The position numbers and the translations under genes were made by a program. This document shows, one piece after another, positions 25,061 through 37,270 of a DNA stretch of 64,000 nt. Every line of letters starts with the position of its first letter. The first letter of the stretch is position 1. The DNA lies in the NCBI GenBank assembly GCA_964036045.1, contig OZ038378.1:193502001-193566000 (forward strand), written 5' to 3'. Source of the stretch: Eutreptiella sp. 'Long Island Sound 2002' (taxonomy: Eukaryota > Protista > Euglenida). The notes under the pieces are model-generated. The model was not told the origin of the DNA and did not search any database. It saw only the letters and a list, made by a program, of their open reading frames with translations.

Positions 25061-27099
25061 GTGTGCATGTACCCACGTACCCAGGGCCCGCATTGCTTGC
25101 AAAAAACCACCGTATGAACGTAGTCTTCAGGTTTTTCACTGTCCACCCAAGAACAATGCATGCTTGGCCTCCAGAAAGTTCGGTTTCCCAAAGAGTCTGC
25201 TCTCGGAAAAAGTACCTGCCACTCTACTTGCCTTCTCCCTGAGGACAGCAAATGCACAGTACCTATGATTGAAGTGACTTGACAGGAACCAACCGCAAAA
25301 CTACCAAATACTCAAACCCCACATGGATAGGCCTGCGGCTGCGAATAAATGTCATGGAGTACACCATTGTGTCCACAGTGTCTTCGGGCTCAGCCTTTGG
25401 GAGTATCTTTTGTTTTTCTTACCCCGCCCCCCCCCTTGGATAAGCTACACCAAAGTCCCAAATCAATACGGTCCCTACGCCTACTGTAGCTTGGACACGG
25501 GTGCAGCTTGCGCGCGACACATGCAACTACCAACACCGGGCACCCACGTTCAAAAAGAGAGGATTGCATGGTGAGCTGGTGCAAGAAAGGGGCATATAAT
25601 GCACAAACATCCCCAAAATCAGAGCTATCTGGGTCAAGTGGGCAAACACTCACAACAAATGTGTCCATGACTCTATGTGACTCGCAAATCCGTCACCAAA
25701 CCCATGTCTCATGTGGCTGAACTACGTTTGGTACCGAATTAAAATTAGGTCCCAAATTAATACGGTCCCTACGCCTACTGTAGCTTGGACAAGGGCGTAG
25801 CTTATACAGGGGGGGGGGGGGGGGGCTACACCCTCCTCCCCATAAATCCGCCGTAAGCAACAAGCAAACAAGCACTTCACCAATCCGTTTTCTTGCTTAC
25901 TACCCCCCCCCTTGAAATCTCCCCCCTTTTGTCGGGTCGATTCCCCCCCTTGCGCCCCCCCCAGGGGGGGGCACACCCCAAATCTGTACCATAGTATCAC
26001 AGTGTAAATCAGCTTTGGCGCCTTGCAAAAAATTTCTTTGGCGCCTTTGGCGCCTGGTACTTCCTATGCTTTCTGGGCCAAGGTGACGATTCCCCCCCCT
26101 TTGGGGGGGGGGGGGGATTTCAAGGGGTGGGGAGGGGGGGGTGTCATAGCGAGGTTTCGCCGGCCGCAAATCCAGGAATTTGCAACCGCACACATGCCCT
26201 TCCCAAATCCCGAGTTTGAGCCCCAACTCACTGTTGGTGGCCCGGAGCACAGGCGCCAAATCTGGAGGTTCCCTTCCAAATCTGGACCATTTAGGACCAA
26301 AAACAGCCATTTTTGGCCCTAATAGGCCCCAAAACCTGTCAAAACAGCCCAGTGAAGGAAAAAGGTTGCCACAGGGCACCGTGCGTGCACCGTGCTCCTG
26401 TTTTATTTAGTTAATTTACCTGACACCTACATAATCCCCACCATAGCATCATCCCCAAGGCATGGAACCCTTGGATAGTACCTAGGATAGCATTGATCAG
26501 GGGCATACAAGCCAAAACAAAAGATGCCCGGCACGCCGACACTCCGCAAAAGCACAAAGCTACACCAACACCTTTGTGAAAGAATTGTATGGCCCCCAGC
26601 CCCCCAAAAAAAAGTAGGAAACATACAATTAGAATTGGTGGAAATAGAAACATGAACCAAAACACCCCAAAGAACATACTCCCAATACCCCAAAAATGCA
26701 CTTATGGTGCCCTATGCTCCTTATGCACTCTGCATTTACTTCTAGGTGAGGGGTCCAAAACAGCCAAATTTGTGGCCAACACAATGTGCGTCCCTCTAAT
26801 TTCCAAGTTTCATTTTCAGCCTAATAGCATCTCCTATTCCCATGGAATATTGCATCACATTGCTCACTGAATGCAATCAAGAAATGCCCAGTGGACTTCC
26901 ATTTTTGCCTATGCAACCACTGTCTTGGGGGGAATGTTTGCCCCGTGCGCGCCCGGCGCGCTACTTTTAGACTATGTTCCCCCCGAAGAGCCCCCAAGCA
27001 CACCCCTTGGAAACGCCCTTAGAATTAGGTGACCCAAACTGCCCCAGCTCAAGAAAGTTGCAAACTGGGAGGCAAACAATGAGAGGCACAATGACATGA

Positions 27100-27275
27100 A
27101 TCTGGCCCTTATAAGCACCATCATGGCCCCCAACTTCGAAATCAAAGAAATCACCTCGGGTACGAGAAGGTCCATACCCATCCCAAATCAAAACATCTGC
27201 TGATGTCCTGGGGGCCAAGGGGCAAATCCATATAATGTTGCCCAACATATCAACAGCAACAGTCCACCGGCAGGG
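27100..27275 (-). pseudogene. PHIS-superfamily transposase fragment, copy 2
   Basis: TVAVDMLGNIIWICPLAPRTSADVLIWDGYGPSRTRGDFFDFEVGGHDGAYKG resembles the DDE_Tnp_4 pattern vd..G.i..vs...pGs.sD..i.......D.gY. Confidence 0.6.
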
Positions 27276-27495
27276 CACGGGTCACAAAAGATGCCTGGCA
27301 CGCGCCCTGCGCGCGCCCGGCGCGCTAACGTTCCCCCTTGGGTTCGGTCCGTTTCGGGGAAGCGGAACCATGGCATGCCATGGTCCGTATGGGTCTTACA
27401 TGCTAACGCGCCTGGGTCGTACAAGAATGCGTGCGTCCTGTTCAAATCCTCCTCCCCCATTGCAGACCCCTAACTGGGTCTCCCGTTCCATCCTA

Positions 27496-28093
27496 ACCCC
27501 CCCCCCCCCTTGCGCAGGCACCCTGAAAGTCAGCAAAACGACGGTCACACGGGCTCCCGCGCTTAGACAAGCCCGTGCTTGCGCGCGACGAGCGGTACGG
27601 GGGTGATTCGTTGTGCATTGCTGACCGCCCTCATTTTGGAGACGGCTCTGAAGGCTCTGGGGAAGGGCCGCGGATTGGGAAAAAGACACGGTCCAAAGGA
27701 GCATGATGCTCAAGCTCATGCCCATTCCGCATGTACTTCACATGAAAGAAATCATCCCCACGAGTAGAAGGACCAATGATTGTTGCGGAGACATGTTCAC
27801 CGGTGGACCGGATGTACGTAACAACCATGCCAAGTGTAGCAAACTGAGCCATGGCTGAAAATCACATCAAAACGGACGGCATTGGGTTGCAATTGGAAGC
27901 AGAATGTTGGTATGAGCAGGAGGAACTACCAGAAGCATGATGCAGCCCCCCTTTCCCTCTACAAGCGAAGCACAACCGCGTAACGTTTCATTTCTGACCA
28001 TAAAAACCGTGGTCAGCCAAGTCCACCAAAACGACGGTCACACGGGCTCATGTGCTTAGACAAGGCAGTGCTTGCGCAAGGGGGGGGGGGGGG
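27496..28093 (-). mobile_element. ~600-bp TIR element with TA duplication, present only in Amt unit A; carries a 73-aa ORF (27631-27852)
   Basis: Ends are C13-ttgcgca ... tgcgcaa-G14, with TA at 27494-95 and 28094-95. Units B and C show the empty site ccatccTAccttgcatg (~48213, ~57061). Internal 51-bp direct repeats lie at 27534-27584 and 28027-28077. Confidence 0.75.
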
Positions 28094-30098
28094 TATCTTG
28101 CATGTTAGCCCCGGTTGCTGATCTTTGGTGTTCACCAGGGTAACAGTCCCCCCCCCAAAAAAAACACACAGGGGACAACACTTGAAGGGTGAACAAAGAG
28201 TTTCTGAGCAACCCCATGGAAGTCACTTAGACTAAAAACGGTGATTTTGTGTCTTTCACACCGCCAGTGCCCCCCCCTACCGCCCGGGCAAGGCGAGCGC
28301 CTTCAAAAAACATCCTTTTGCGACCTACCATGCGCATCCAGCAACAACACCGCCGATCCCTCCCCTCAGTGGTGGTACTGAAAAACCGCACACCTGAAAA
28401 CCACTAAAAAAGGAAAACATTCCGGACAAATATTCCCACGAAAAGATAATTGTACAAAAGCCTAACCATCCAACATCACTCATTGGGATACGCTACACGC
28501 GTACCCCCAAAAGCAGAGATACATGCCCCCCAAACCAACACTGGCTATAACAACCCCCTGGGAAATGGTTGTTTTGTACCCCCCCCCCCCCGAGAAAAAT
28601 TTGGTCCAGTTCAGAGGTTGACGGCACCAAATTTCCAAACGTTTTGAGCAATATTCCTCTTCCAAACAAGCATGATTTTACATGCAAAACCATTTAACAT
28701 GCAACCCCGTAGCGTATAGTACGTAAAATATCCCCGAAAAAACCCCATATTCACTTCTTGTGCCTGCACTTGATCTAACAACGCCTTTTGAGGTGATTTT
28801 GCCCTGGAATGAATGCAACCCCGACCTCAGCAGAACAAGGCAGAACAAAAAGACACACAACCACAGGAGAAAAATTAAAACCTTCAATATTGTGCTCTAA
28901 AGGGCAGGAGATCTGGAAAGCAGAGCTCAAAGAGCAGGAAGAAAACCAGCATCTACATACAATACATGGACTGGCTGCAAGGTGCAAAGAGTGGCTGCGC
29001 AAACACTCAAACCTTGGGCCAATAAAAATGCATTCCTGAGGCACAGAGCAGGAAATGATAATGGAAACTAGAAAAAAGTATTATACCAATAGATTGGCAC
29101 CCTCTATGTACAGCAGTAACATTCGCCAAAATGTCAAATACGCTTTGCATAATGCAACCATTTGAGACCTGCAAGTATTGAGGGACACACTTCCTCATAT
29201 ACCACTTACAAATGCCAAACAGCAGCATTCTCTTGGCTTAAGAACACACTGTACATAACTGAATGTCAAAAAACATCATGGACACAGCAAATAGAAATGG
29301 GAAACAATGCAACAGATGCAGCAAAAGCACCGTGCACCCAACTGCGCCATCAGAGACATCATGGGCAAAGCAAATGGAAATGGGAAACAACAAAGCGACA
29401 GGTGCAGCCAGGCATCTTGCACCTGACTGTGCCATCAGAGTCCTACATATTGACCCGTGCAAACTCGCTTGAATCCACAGTGCGTGCCTGTGCATACGTA
29501 CAAACTGTGAAAACAAAAGACTGGGCTGAATGTGGGTGCATTTGCACACACAACACTGAACGATAGCACCACCCCATCCATCCAGGCATCACCAGAGAGA
29601 TGTCAACAACATGTCGCCCCAAAGGAGAAGGCACAAAGTGTGCAGTGAAGCCCTGGCAAATACCATCTGCACAGGCGGACGCTAGGCTCAGAACTTCCTG
29701 GCAGTTCACCAAACCTTGCTTACACACTGAATGCTTCAATCAAAGCATGTTTAATGTACAACAACATTCCAACAAAGGGACACAGATTGGTTGCATAGAT
29801 CAGCACTTCGTGCCGAGAAACGCTGGACCGCCAGCTTGTTTTTGTTTTGAAATTTGCGCGTGCGTGCTATTAAATAAATCAGCTGCAAAGACAGAGGAAT
29901 GCTGGACTACAGACTCTGTTCCTGAGTTTGCGCGCGCATACTTAGCTGTGCCCCATTTGTGCACACAGGCGTGCGGGAACCAGCAGAGGGCAATCACATA
30001 CAAATGAAACTGGAAACAATGAGGTTAGAGCGCTTCGAGGAGTGCAACTGTGTGGGTGACCACTGCGGCTGTAACTTGCCACCGTTGGGCACCGTTAC

Positions 30099-30713
30099 TC
30101 ACACATCAGGCTCAACTTGCCCAACTTTCAGAATGGATGCACTTCCAGGACGGGACCCAAGCTGGAAGCCCACACCACCGTGCTCAGATCGGTCAAGACC
30201 CATGTCCTCCTCCTCTGCTTTCACACGAAGGAGGCCGGTGACTTTCAAGACCCCAAACACCAGGGCAGACATCAACCCAACCCACACCATAATTGCAAAA
30301 ACACCCAGCAATTGCACTCCCAATTGCTCACCACCACCACCGTAAAACAGACCATAAACAGTGGGGTCAGACACCCCATAAGCGGAGATCAAATTCTCCT
30401 TGGTGCAAAACAGTCCCACCGCAATCACACCCCAAATTCCGCAAGCACCATGGACACCGGATGCACAGAGCACATCATCGATCTTCAGCTTCAGAAGCAA
30501 ACGGGCATAACCATAAAAAACGACACCCCCAATTGCCCCAATTACTGCTGCCGCCCATGGTTCAACAACGGAGCAGGGTGCTGTTACAGAGACCAATCCA
30601 CCAAGAATACCATTCATCATGTAATTCACGTCAAAGTGGCCCATGAAGATACGGCTCATCAGCACAGTAGTGATACCACCACAACCAGCAGCCAAAGTAG
30701 TAGTCACACAGAC
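30099..30713 (-). CDS. amt: Ammonium transporter copy A, exon 4 of 4 (spliced product 493 aa)
   Basis: Acceptor gtgcag|GTC; encodes NGILGGLVSVTA...IDD...VHGACG...GLDRSEHG and ends at TGA 30099-30101. Confidence 0.95.
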   Translation of the reverse strand, partial: VCVTTTLAAGCGGITTVLMSRIFMGHFDVNYMMNGILGGLVSVTAPCSVVEPWAAAVIGAIGGVVFYGYARLLLKLKIDDVLCASGVHGACGIWGVIAVGLFCTKENLISAYGVSDPTVYGLFYGGGGEQLGVQLLGVFAIMVWVGLMSALVFGVLKVTGLLRVKAEEEDMGLDRSEHGGVGFQLGSRPGSASILKVGQVEPDV

Positions 30714-32062
30714 CTGCACACAAGATCACAGTGCACACAACCAATATGTAAAACCACTGTGTGGTTTCTGCTGTATTCAGCAGCAACCCTGTGGAGTGAT
30801 GCCATCACTAGACCCAGAAAGACTCAGCGACACGGTCACAGCTGTCGTGTTGTTTACGTGCACAGTTGAGAAGACAGAAGCAGTGATAGCAAAATAAAGA
30901 ATCATTGAGGTCCTCACAACCATGTCTCTGGAGGCAGAATCACGCATCACGGCGCCAAGCGAAAAATACACAAGCAGTGAATATGCAAACCACCAAATTC
31001 TGCACCCTAAGCACCTCAGCATGACACCGGGAGTCAACAATTGCACCAAATGGCAGAAATGCATGCAAGCTAAACAAAAGCACTGATGTGTTGACAAAAC
31101 ACTGACATTCAAAAATCTCTGAGATGACCTCTGACAGAAAATGGACCAGGGACAAGGGAGGGTGACCTTGAGACACCAAAAACAGACCTCAGTGGGAAAC
31201 AGACCTGACACTGTAAGCAAGCGCGATGACATGTGCCCACAGAATGCCCCACACACAATCAAACCCCATGGCTCATGCACAAATGCATCGAGGCACATGC
31301 AAGCATGCTGGGTATTGTGCACCACTGCCCAGTGCAACATACGTTCCCGGACCCTACACTGCCATGCAGCGGTTCTAGGCCGCCATGGTTTATTCTCCTC
31401 CACAAAATTTTCCATGTTCAATTGAACGTTAGAAAGGGAGGAGTGGGATGGGGGAGGGTCTGGATCTAATACTTCCCTGGAAGGGTGGGGGTTGAGACCT
31501 CATTAGATTGAGAGACTGGGATTACAAACACCAATGCAGAAAACTGCATTTTGAGGCAATGCACTCCAGTCTGACATGAATGCATCGTTCTTCTCCTCTC
31601 CCAAATCAGACCTGACTTAACCTCAAAGGTGGAGGAACGGCGGGAAGGGATCTTTTGCTGCTCTCCTGGCCCCGGACGACTACCAACACACGACAGTATG
31701 TATCAGAAGGTGCACATCACATGAATCAGGTCTTGAGATGATTGGGGCTCCAGCGCAACAGGGGGGATCGGAGTGAAAGAGAATCACATGATCGGAAGCA
31801 ATAGGCAAAATTCGTCATCAAACAAAAAAACAACATCGCGGTTGCGGGGGGGGGGGGGGACTGCCCCATGGAACGCAGGATCTCTGTGTTTATTTGATTG
31901 ACCGTGCCCTGTCATGATAATGCGAAGGTGATGTAGTTTTTGCTCCTTGTGCGTCTGTGCGTGGCAGGATATGTGACATGTGCGCATGTGTGTATGCATG
32001 CATGCATGGATGAATACATACATATGGATGAAATTCGCCATGGGGCGCATATGCACGCACAC

Positions 32063-32286
32063 CTTAGCGGCAATCAGAGATGCGTTTCCACTCAACATCA
32101 GAGTAGAACCAGCGTTGAAGCCGTACCATCCCAACCACAAGATGAGGGTACCAGTGCACAACAACACTTGATTGTGGGGACGATAGCGAGTCTCACGGAA
32201 TTCCTTTTCCTCCTCGCTCTCGCCTGCAGGTCCAAACCGCCCTCGCCGGGGTCCAATGATCAGAGCACCAACGAAGGCACCAACCC
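32063..32286 (-). CDS. amt: Ammonium transporter copy A, exon 3
   Basis: Boundaries gcacag|GG ... AAG|gtgtgc; encodes GPRRGRF...GTLILWLGWYGFNAGS. Confidence 0.95.
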
Positions 32287-32438
32287 CTGTGCAGAACAGA
32301 ATAATGAAGGGTCCAGTGGCATGCGACCTGAGAGTCTGAGTACCCTAAATGCACAGTGATGAGCACTGACAGGTGGCAAGCCGCAGTGCCGTGGTCACAG
32401 AACCCGTATTATCACACATGGTGAGGCAACCGACACAC

Positions 32439-32764
32439 CTCCAGTCAAGTGCACTACTCCACTTCCAGCAAAATCGATCATTCCATTGGTTCCAACACGA
32501 CCAAATGCTGAGGTGTCACAGAAGGCACTGAGCCAGCCAGCGCCGCTCCAGATCCAGTGCACCACCACAGGGTAAATGACAGCAGTCATAGCAATGGAGA
32601 CAATAATGTATCCCCCAACAGCACAGCGCTCCGCAACAGCTCCAGAGATGATGGTTGCGGTGGTTGCTGCAAAAGCCCACTGGAAGAACCATCCAGCAAA
32701 GGCGGTGTTGGGGAAGTGTCCGCTGGAGACGAGGAAAAACTCACCGCCGCCGATAAAGACGTTC
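32439..32764 (-). CDS. amt: Ammonium transporter copy A, exon 2
   Basis: Boundaries tcgcag|G ... GGAG|gtgtgt; encodes FFQWAFAAT...SGAVAER...YPVVVHWIW...[13 protein letters not shown]. Confidence 0.95.
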
Positions 32765-34301
32765 CTGCGATGGGACAGGCACACAGCTCATGTAAACAAG
32801 ACCCAGTTGCCTTGATGCAGGTGCTCCACTTGTGGAAAGCAGACGGAACACTTTGAAAAATCTATCGTCTCTGCTTGAAACCAAACTGTCAACATCTATA
32901 TGGAGCAGCACTACACCATGCTTCACAATTGTTGTTGCCGTCAGCAAGGCATTTCAAAGAGGGTGGGGGGCACGTACCTTGGAAGCTTAGCCCCCAAGCC
33001 CCCAGCCGCACCCAATGGGCGCGACCTGGGTGAAAACACACAAAATGGGATAAAACATGCTTCACATTGGATATTTCATCATTGTGGGTGGTCACAATAT
33101 CAAAAAAAAATCAGCTCTTGTAAAAGTCTGAATTCTGAAAACTGCAAAAGCAGGTTGTGCGCCGGTCCCTTCAGAAGGACACCCCCTACACCAACTGGCC
33201 AAATGGGGTGAACACCACATAACAAACGTCTTAAATTTTTTCTTCTTCCGTCCGTAACCATTGACAAGTGTTTGAGATGGTGCGGCGCTCCAGACACATG
33301 CTCTGAGACAGTACATTACCGTCCCCTAACACCTGCCCGCCATCCTCGCAGAGAGGAGCTGTAAGGCTGTGGGTTGGCTCGGTGATGCATTGTGCGCCCT
33401 CCCCACGGGCCACTCTTCGGCTCCTGCCTTGTGGCTAGAAAGGGGGTCTTTGTGTCGCAAAAAGGAAACCATGTGGAAAGATCGAGAGGTGCCACAGGTG
33501 CCTCAGGTGCCTCAGGGTGAACCTCCCTAGACTGTCAGCTAACCACTCCACTCTCATGTCATAGCCTGCTTGTGCAGGTGATGTTGGCGGTTTGGTGCCA
33601 ACCAGCCCTGCAAAGGCGCCTCCGCAGTTTCGCCGCCCCATCCTTCTCACTAGATCAAACATCCCTCCTCTGGCGTTTAGTTTGGGGCGCTCGACCATCT
33701 TGTGGACTTGTTGGTTCTTACACTCAATGTAGCTCTCAGTCAGTGTGCAGGCGACATGGGCTTGTCCTGCCACACTCAATTGTATGGCCACCCTACATTG
33801 CCCACCACAGTCATATTATTCTTCTACTGCCCACGCGATGTGAGGCTCCACGCAGCGCGTGCACGGCCCTTGTGTGTGGCACTCGCCCGCATGGTCTGCT
33901 CCCCCAGATAATTCACTCCCTTCAAGCGCAGCCATACAACCGTGCAGATGCGGGTTATGCACTTTTCGTCCACCAAGGGCCTACCTTTGTGCCCAGAGCA
34001 CTCAGAACCGGCGATGCGATCATGATGCAAAGGGGTCCCGTAGTCGTCCTGTGGGGCCACCATCACTGTTTGGGGTCCGGGCCGATGCCGACCACTGCCT
34101 CCCAGAACTCATGCACCTTCCGCAGGTCGAGGCCCACACCCAGGCCTTGCATGTAGGACACGGCTGCTTCCCACAAAACACCTACCTGGTACGGCGAGCT
34201 TGGGTGGTATGCCGCCACTTGCCATCCAACAACATTGGACAGCTCCATGTGCAGGGGTCTGCACCCGCCAGCGCCAGACGACGGCTCCCCGCCAGACAAC
34301 T

Positions 34302-34578
34302 GGAATTATGGGAATTATGGGGAATTATGGGGGAATTATGGGGAATTATGGGGGATTATGGGGAATTATGTGGAATTATGGGGGAAGTACGGGGAATTAT
34401 GGGTAATTATGGGGAATTGTGGTGGAATTATGGGGAATTTGGGTGGAATTATGGGGAATTATGGGGAAGTATGGGGAATGTTGGTGGAATTACGGGGAAT
34501 GTTGGTGGAATTATGGGAAATTATGGGGGAATTATGGGGGAATTATGGGGAATTATGGGGAATTATGGGGAATTATGG
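34302..34578 (+). repeat. (GGGAATTATG)n-type ~10-mer array
   Basis: Directly visible; the complementary array lies at 35574-35682. Confidence 0.95.
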
Positions 34579-35573
34579 CTTGGTGTTGATTCTTGATGGG
34601 TTGTTGTTCGTTCCCGATGGCTTGCTTTTGATTCTTGCCGGGTTGCTATTGATTCCTGTTGCTTTGTTCTTGATGCCTGTCAGCTTGTTGTTGATTCTTG
34701 ACTGGTGCCCAGTTGCTATTGATTCTTGCTAGTTTGTTCTTGATTCCTGGTGGCTTGCTATTGATTCCTGATGGGTTCCTTTTGACTCTTGCGGGGTTGC
34801 TGTCGCATCCTGCCAGTTTAATCTTGATTCCTCGTGGGATGGCTTGGAGGAACAAAGGCAAGCACAATGCACATGCACGTGAGGACGCAGTGGAACAAAA
34901 TCACGCGGCATCATTGTTGGATAAGTCTTTAAAGTCTTAAAGTCTGGTGGCCACTGAGCACTCTCCTTTGCACGGGTGCGAGGCCCATCGTGGGCCTGCC
35001 CTAATAACCACTCAACCTCCTCCTCCTCCCCTCCACAGACATGTCAGACTTTCATCCTCACAACAATGTTCTCTATGTGCGACTCTCCTACCTATACAAG
35101 GCACCCAAAGAATACATTTCTCAGGGGCAGGTGGTGAAGCAAATGAAGAAATTGAACATCAAGGCACTCAACCGCAGTGACATTGGGCTTAGTGGTGCTG
35201 GGGGCCGTCGTGGTGGTGCATGGATGTCGTGCGCTGCTGCATTAAAGGTTGTGCCACCCGGACACCGTGCTGCCTATGCATCCGCTTTTGATGAGGTTGC
35301 GACTGCTGCTGGTCTACAAGGTAGTGGCATGCCTGACGCTACTGCTGATGGTGTCACCACCTGCAACTGCAAATGCTATGACTGCAGACAATGCTGCTGA
35401 CGACCCTCCTGAACAACCTATTGCGCCTCCTGCTGTTCCACCTCGTGACACTCTTGCTGCACCTGATGACACTGTTGCTGCACCACATGGCAGTATTGAT
35501 GATGATGAGAAGCAAGGGGCCACACGACGACAACAAACAACGATCACCAACACAAGAAATGACATCCCAAATT

Positions 35574-35682
35574 CATAATTTCACCATAATTCCCCATAAT
35601 TCCCTCATAATTTCCCCACAATTCCACCATAATTCCACCCAAATTCCCCATAATTCCACCATAATTCCCCATAATTCCACCA
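35574..35682 (-). repeat. Inverted copy of the GGAATTATGG array (ccataattcc)n
   Basis: Directly visible; opposite orientation to 34302-34578. Confidence 0.9.
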
Positions 35683-35759
35683 ATGTGACGGGACAACCAA
35701 CAACTGTTGGACAAGCCCACTATAGCCTTTAGGAATTATGGGAAATTTCCCCACCACCG

Positions 35760-37270
35760 CCAGACGAACTTTCCCCGCCAGTGCCGCCAGCGGTTTGGCG
35801 GCCGCATACCCCTGCATGTGAGGCATATCCTGCCGTCGAACAGGCAAAACCGCATCCTCATGTTCCTTGGGGTCGCCCTGACACGATAACCCAACCACTC
35901 CCCTACACCGTTGTGACACCCCATGGTTCCGCCGTCCCACTCAGCTCTCACGGTATGGTGCCTCACCTCCGACGCTTAGAGCTGGAGTGCTCAGCCGTCC
36001 GGCGAACCCGGTGGCTCGCCCATTCGTATGTGGCTCTCACACGATGTGGGAGGGACCACCGCATATCTCTCGGGGACATTCAGAACCTTCCAACTTTGTG
36101 GGTTTTGGCACTTTTCGGCAATTTCTACAACTTTTGCTTCGATGTGCAAACATGTCGTCACCTGGGGGGGGTATGTGTATACTTTTTGAAATCTGTGAGA
36201 AAACGCCGTTTCAGAAATGTATGGGTTGGGGGGGGGATAGGTGACCATATTTTTGAGTACCGAGGCCGAACTTTTCAGTGTTTCAGGGTTTTCGGGCCTC
36301 AGGCTGCTCCGCTCACGCGTGCGGGACACCAACTCACAGGTTTTCCCATGGGTGCTCCGACATATTGTGGAGTTGGAGCAAAGTGAAAGGAGGTAAATGG
36401 ATGCATTTTGGGAGGTGCTGAATCCAAATATTGTGGTCCCATGTCCCAACTTGACAGCCTGTTTAAGAATTTCTGCCATCTTTGATTTCTTGCACTCTTG
36501 AGCTTGATGCTGCAAGTTGCACCACGCATCACCCGGGTGTTCAAGGCAGTTATTGGTCAAAGTGATCAACATATTGGGGTCTTAGGGGGACCTATGTTGC
36601 ACATATCTTCTACACATCAAATGCAACAAATCCACCCGAATGACTTGACCCTTATATGCCCATATGTTGGAGTAATGGGGGTAGGAGTGCGGTGCAGTCT
36701 GTCTGAAACCGGATCAGAACAGGCAAAAAAAACCCAACCTGTCAACGGTAACGGCCAATTTTCGAAAAAATATGGTTCCGGACCCCCCCCCCCAACCCAT
36801 ACATCTCCGAAAAGCCCTATTCAAGGGCTTTCCAGATATACCCCACATACCCCTACCTCCGGAACACTCAGTTGGCAAAAATGAGGCAACAAGGTCGCCA
36901 ACCCGCGAAAACCCACAAAGTTAGAAGGATTCCCGTTGTCCCCGAGAGATATAGTTTACCACTATCACGCTGTCGTCCCACAGTCTGGTCGTTGCACGTT
37001 TCCACTTCTCAAACTCCTGGTCCACTTGCCTCACCCATGTTCTCACCGGTCTCTGCCTCCGATATTCTTGCACTCCATCTATCCCTGCCTTGGTGAGCCG
37101 GAGATGCTGTCTGAGGTGTACAATCCACCCGCGTGCGTGTTCCTGCCAAAACCTCGCTAGGTAGACGAGCATGTAGACCCGGCGGTCCGTGGTCCATTCT
37201 CGTGTCGTGAGGCGGACATCTTCCTCCCCGGATTTGTGCACTTCTACCTCCCTGGCATCCGAGGGTAGGC
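35760..37270 (-). pseudogene. Relic ORF split by the 36067-36948 insertion; possibly related to element 2 ORF4
   Basis: Removing the insertion fuses ...RLWDDSVIVVNY to MRWSLPHRVRATYEW in frame. An adjacent frame has HTVRAEWDGGTMG. Confidence 0.4.
36067..36948. mobile_element. 882-bp non-autonomous TIR element (MITE-like) with ATAT (or TA) target duplication
   Basis: A perfect 12-bp TIR ctctcggggaca/tgtccccgagag extends imperfectly to ~43 bp (ccttc(c/t)aactttgtgggtttt). ATAT occurs at 36063-66 and 36949-52. Confidence 0.8.

Noticed and set aside
24839-25102. N-terminal 88 aa of ORF 23993..25102
   Set aside because: This is translated (CATCC)n microsatellite; the plausible start is the ATG at 24838 behind an acceptor-like AG.
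30117-30869. 250-aa plus-strand ORF repeated in all three Amt units (and similar antisense ORFs over the YR elements)
   Set aside because: These are antisense shadows of real exons; their conservation is explained by the duplication.
34200-34732. ORFs rich in MGNYGELW repeats
   Set aside because: These are translations of the GGAATTATGG array in several frames, with no coding evidence.
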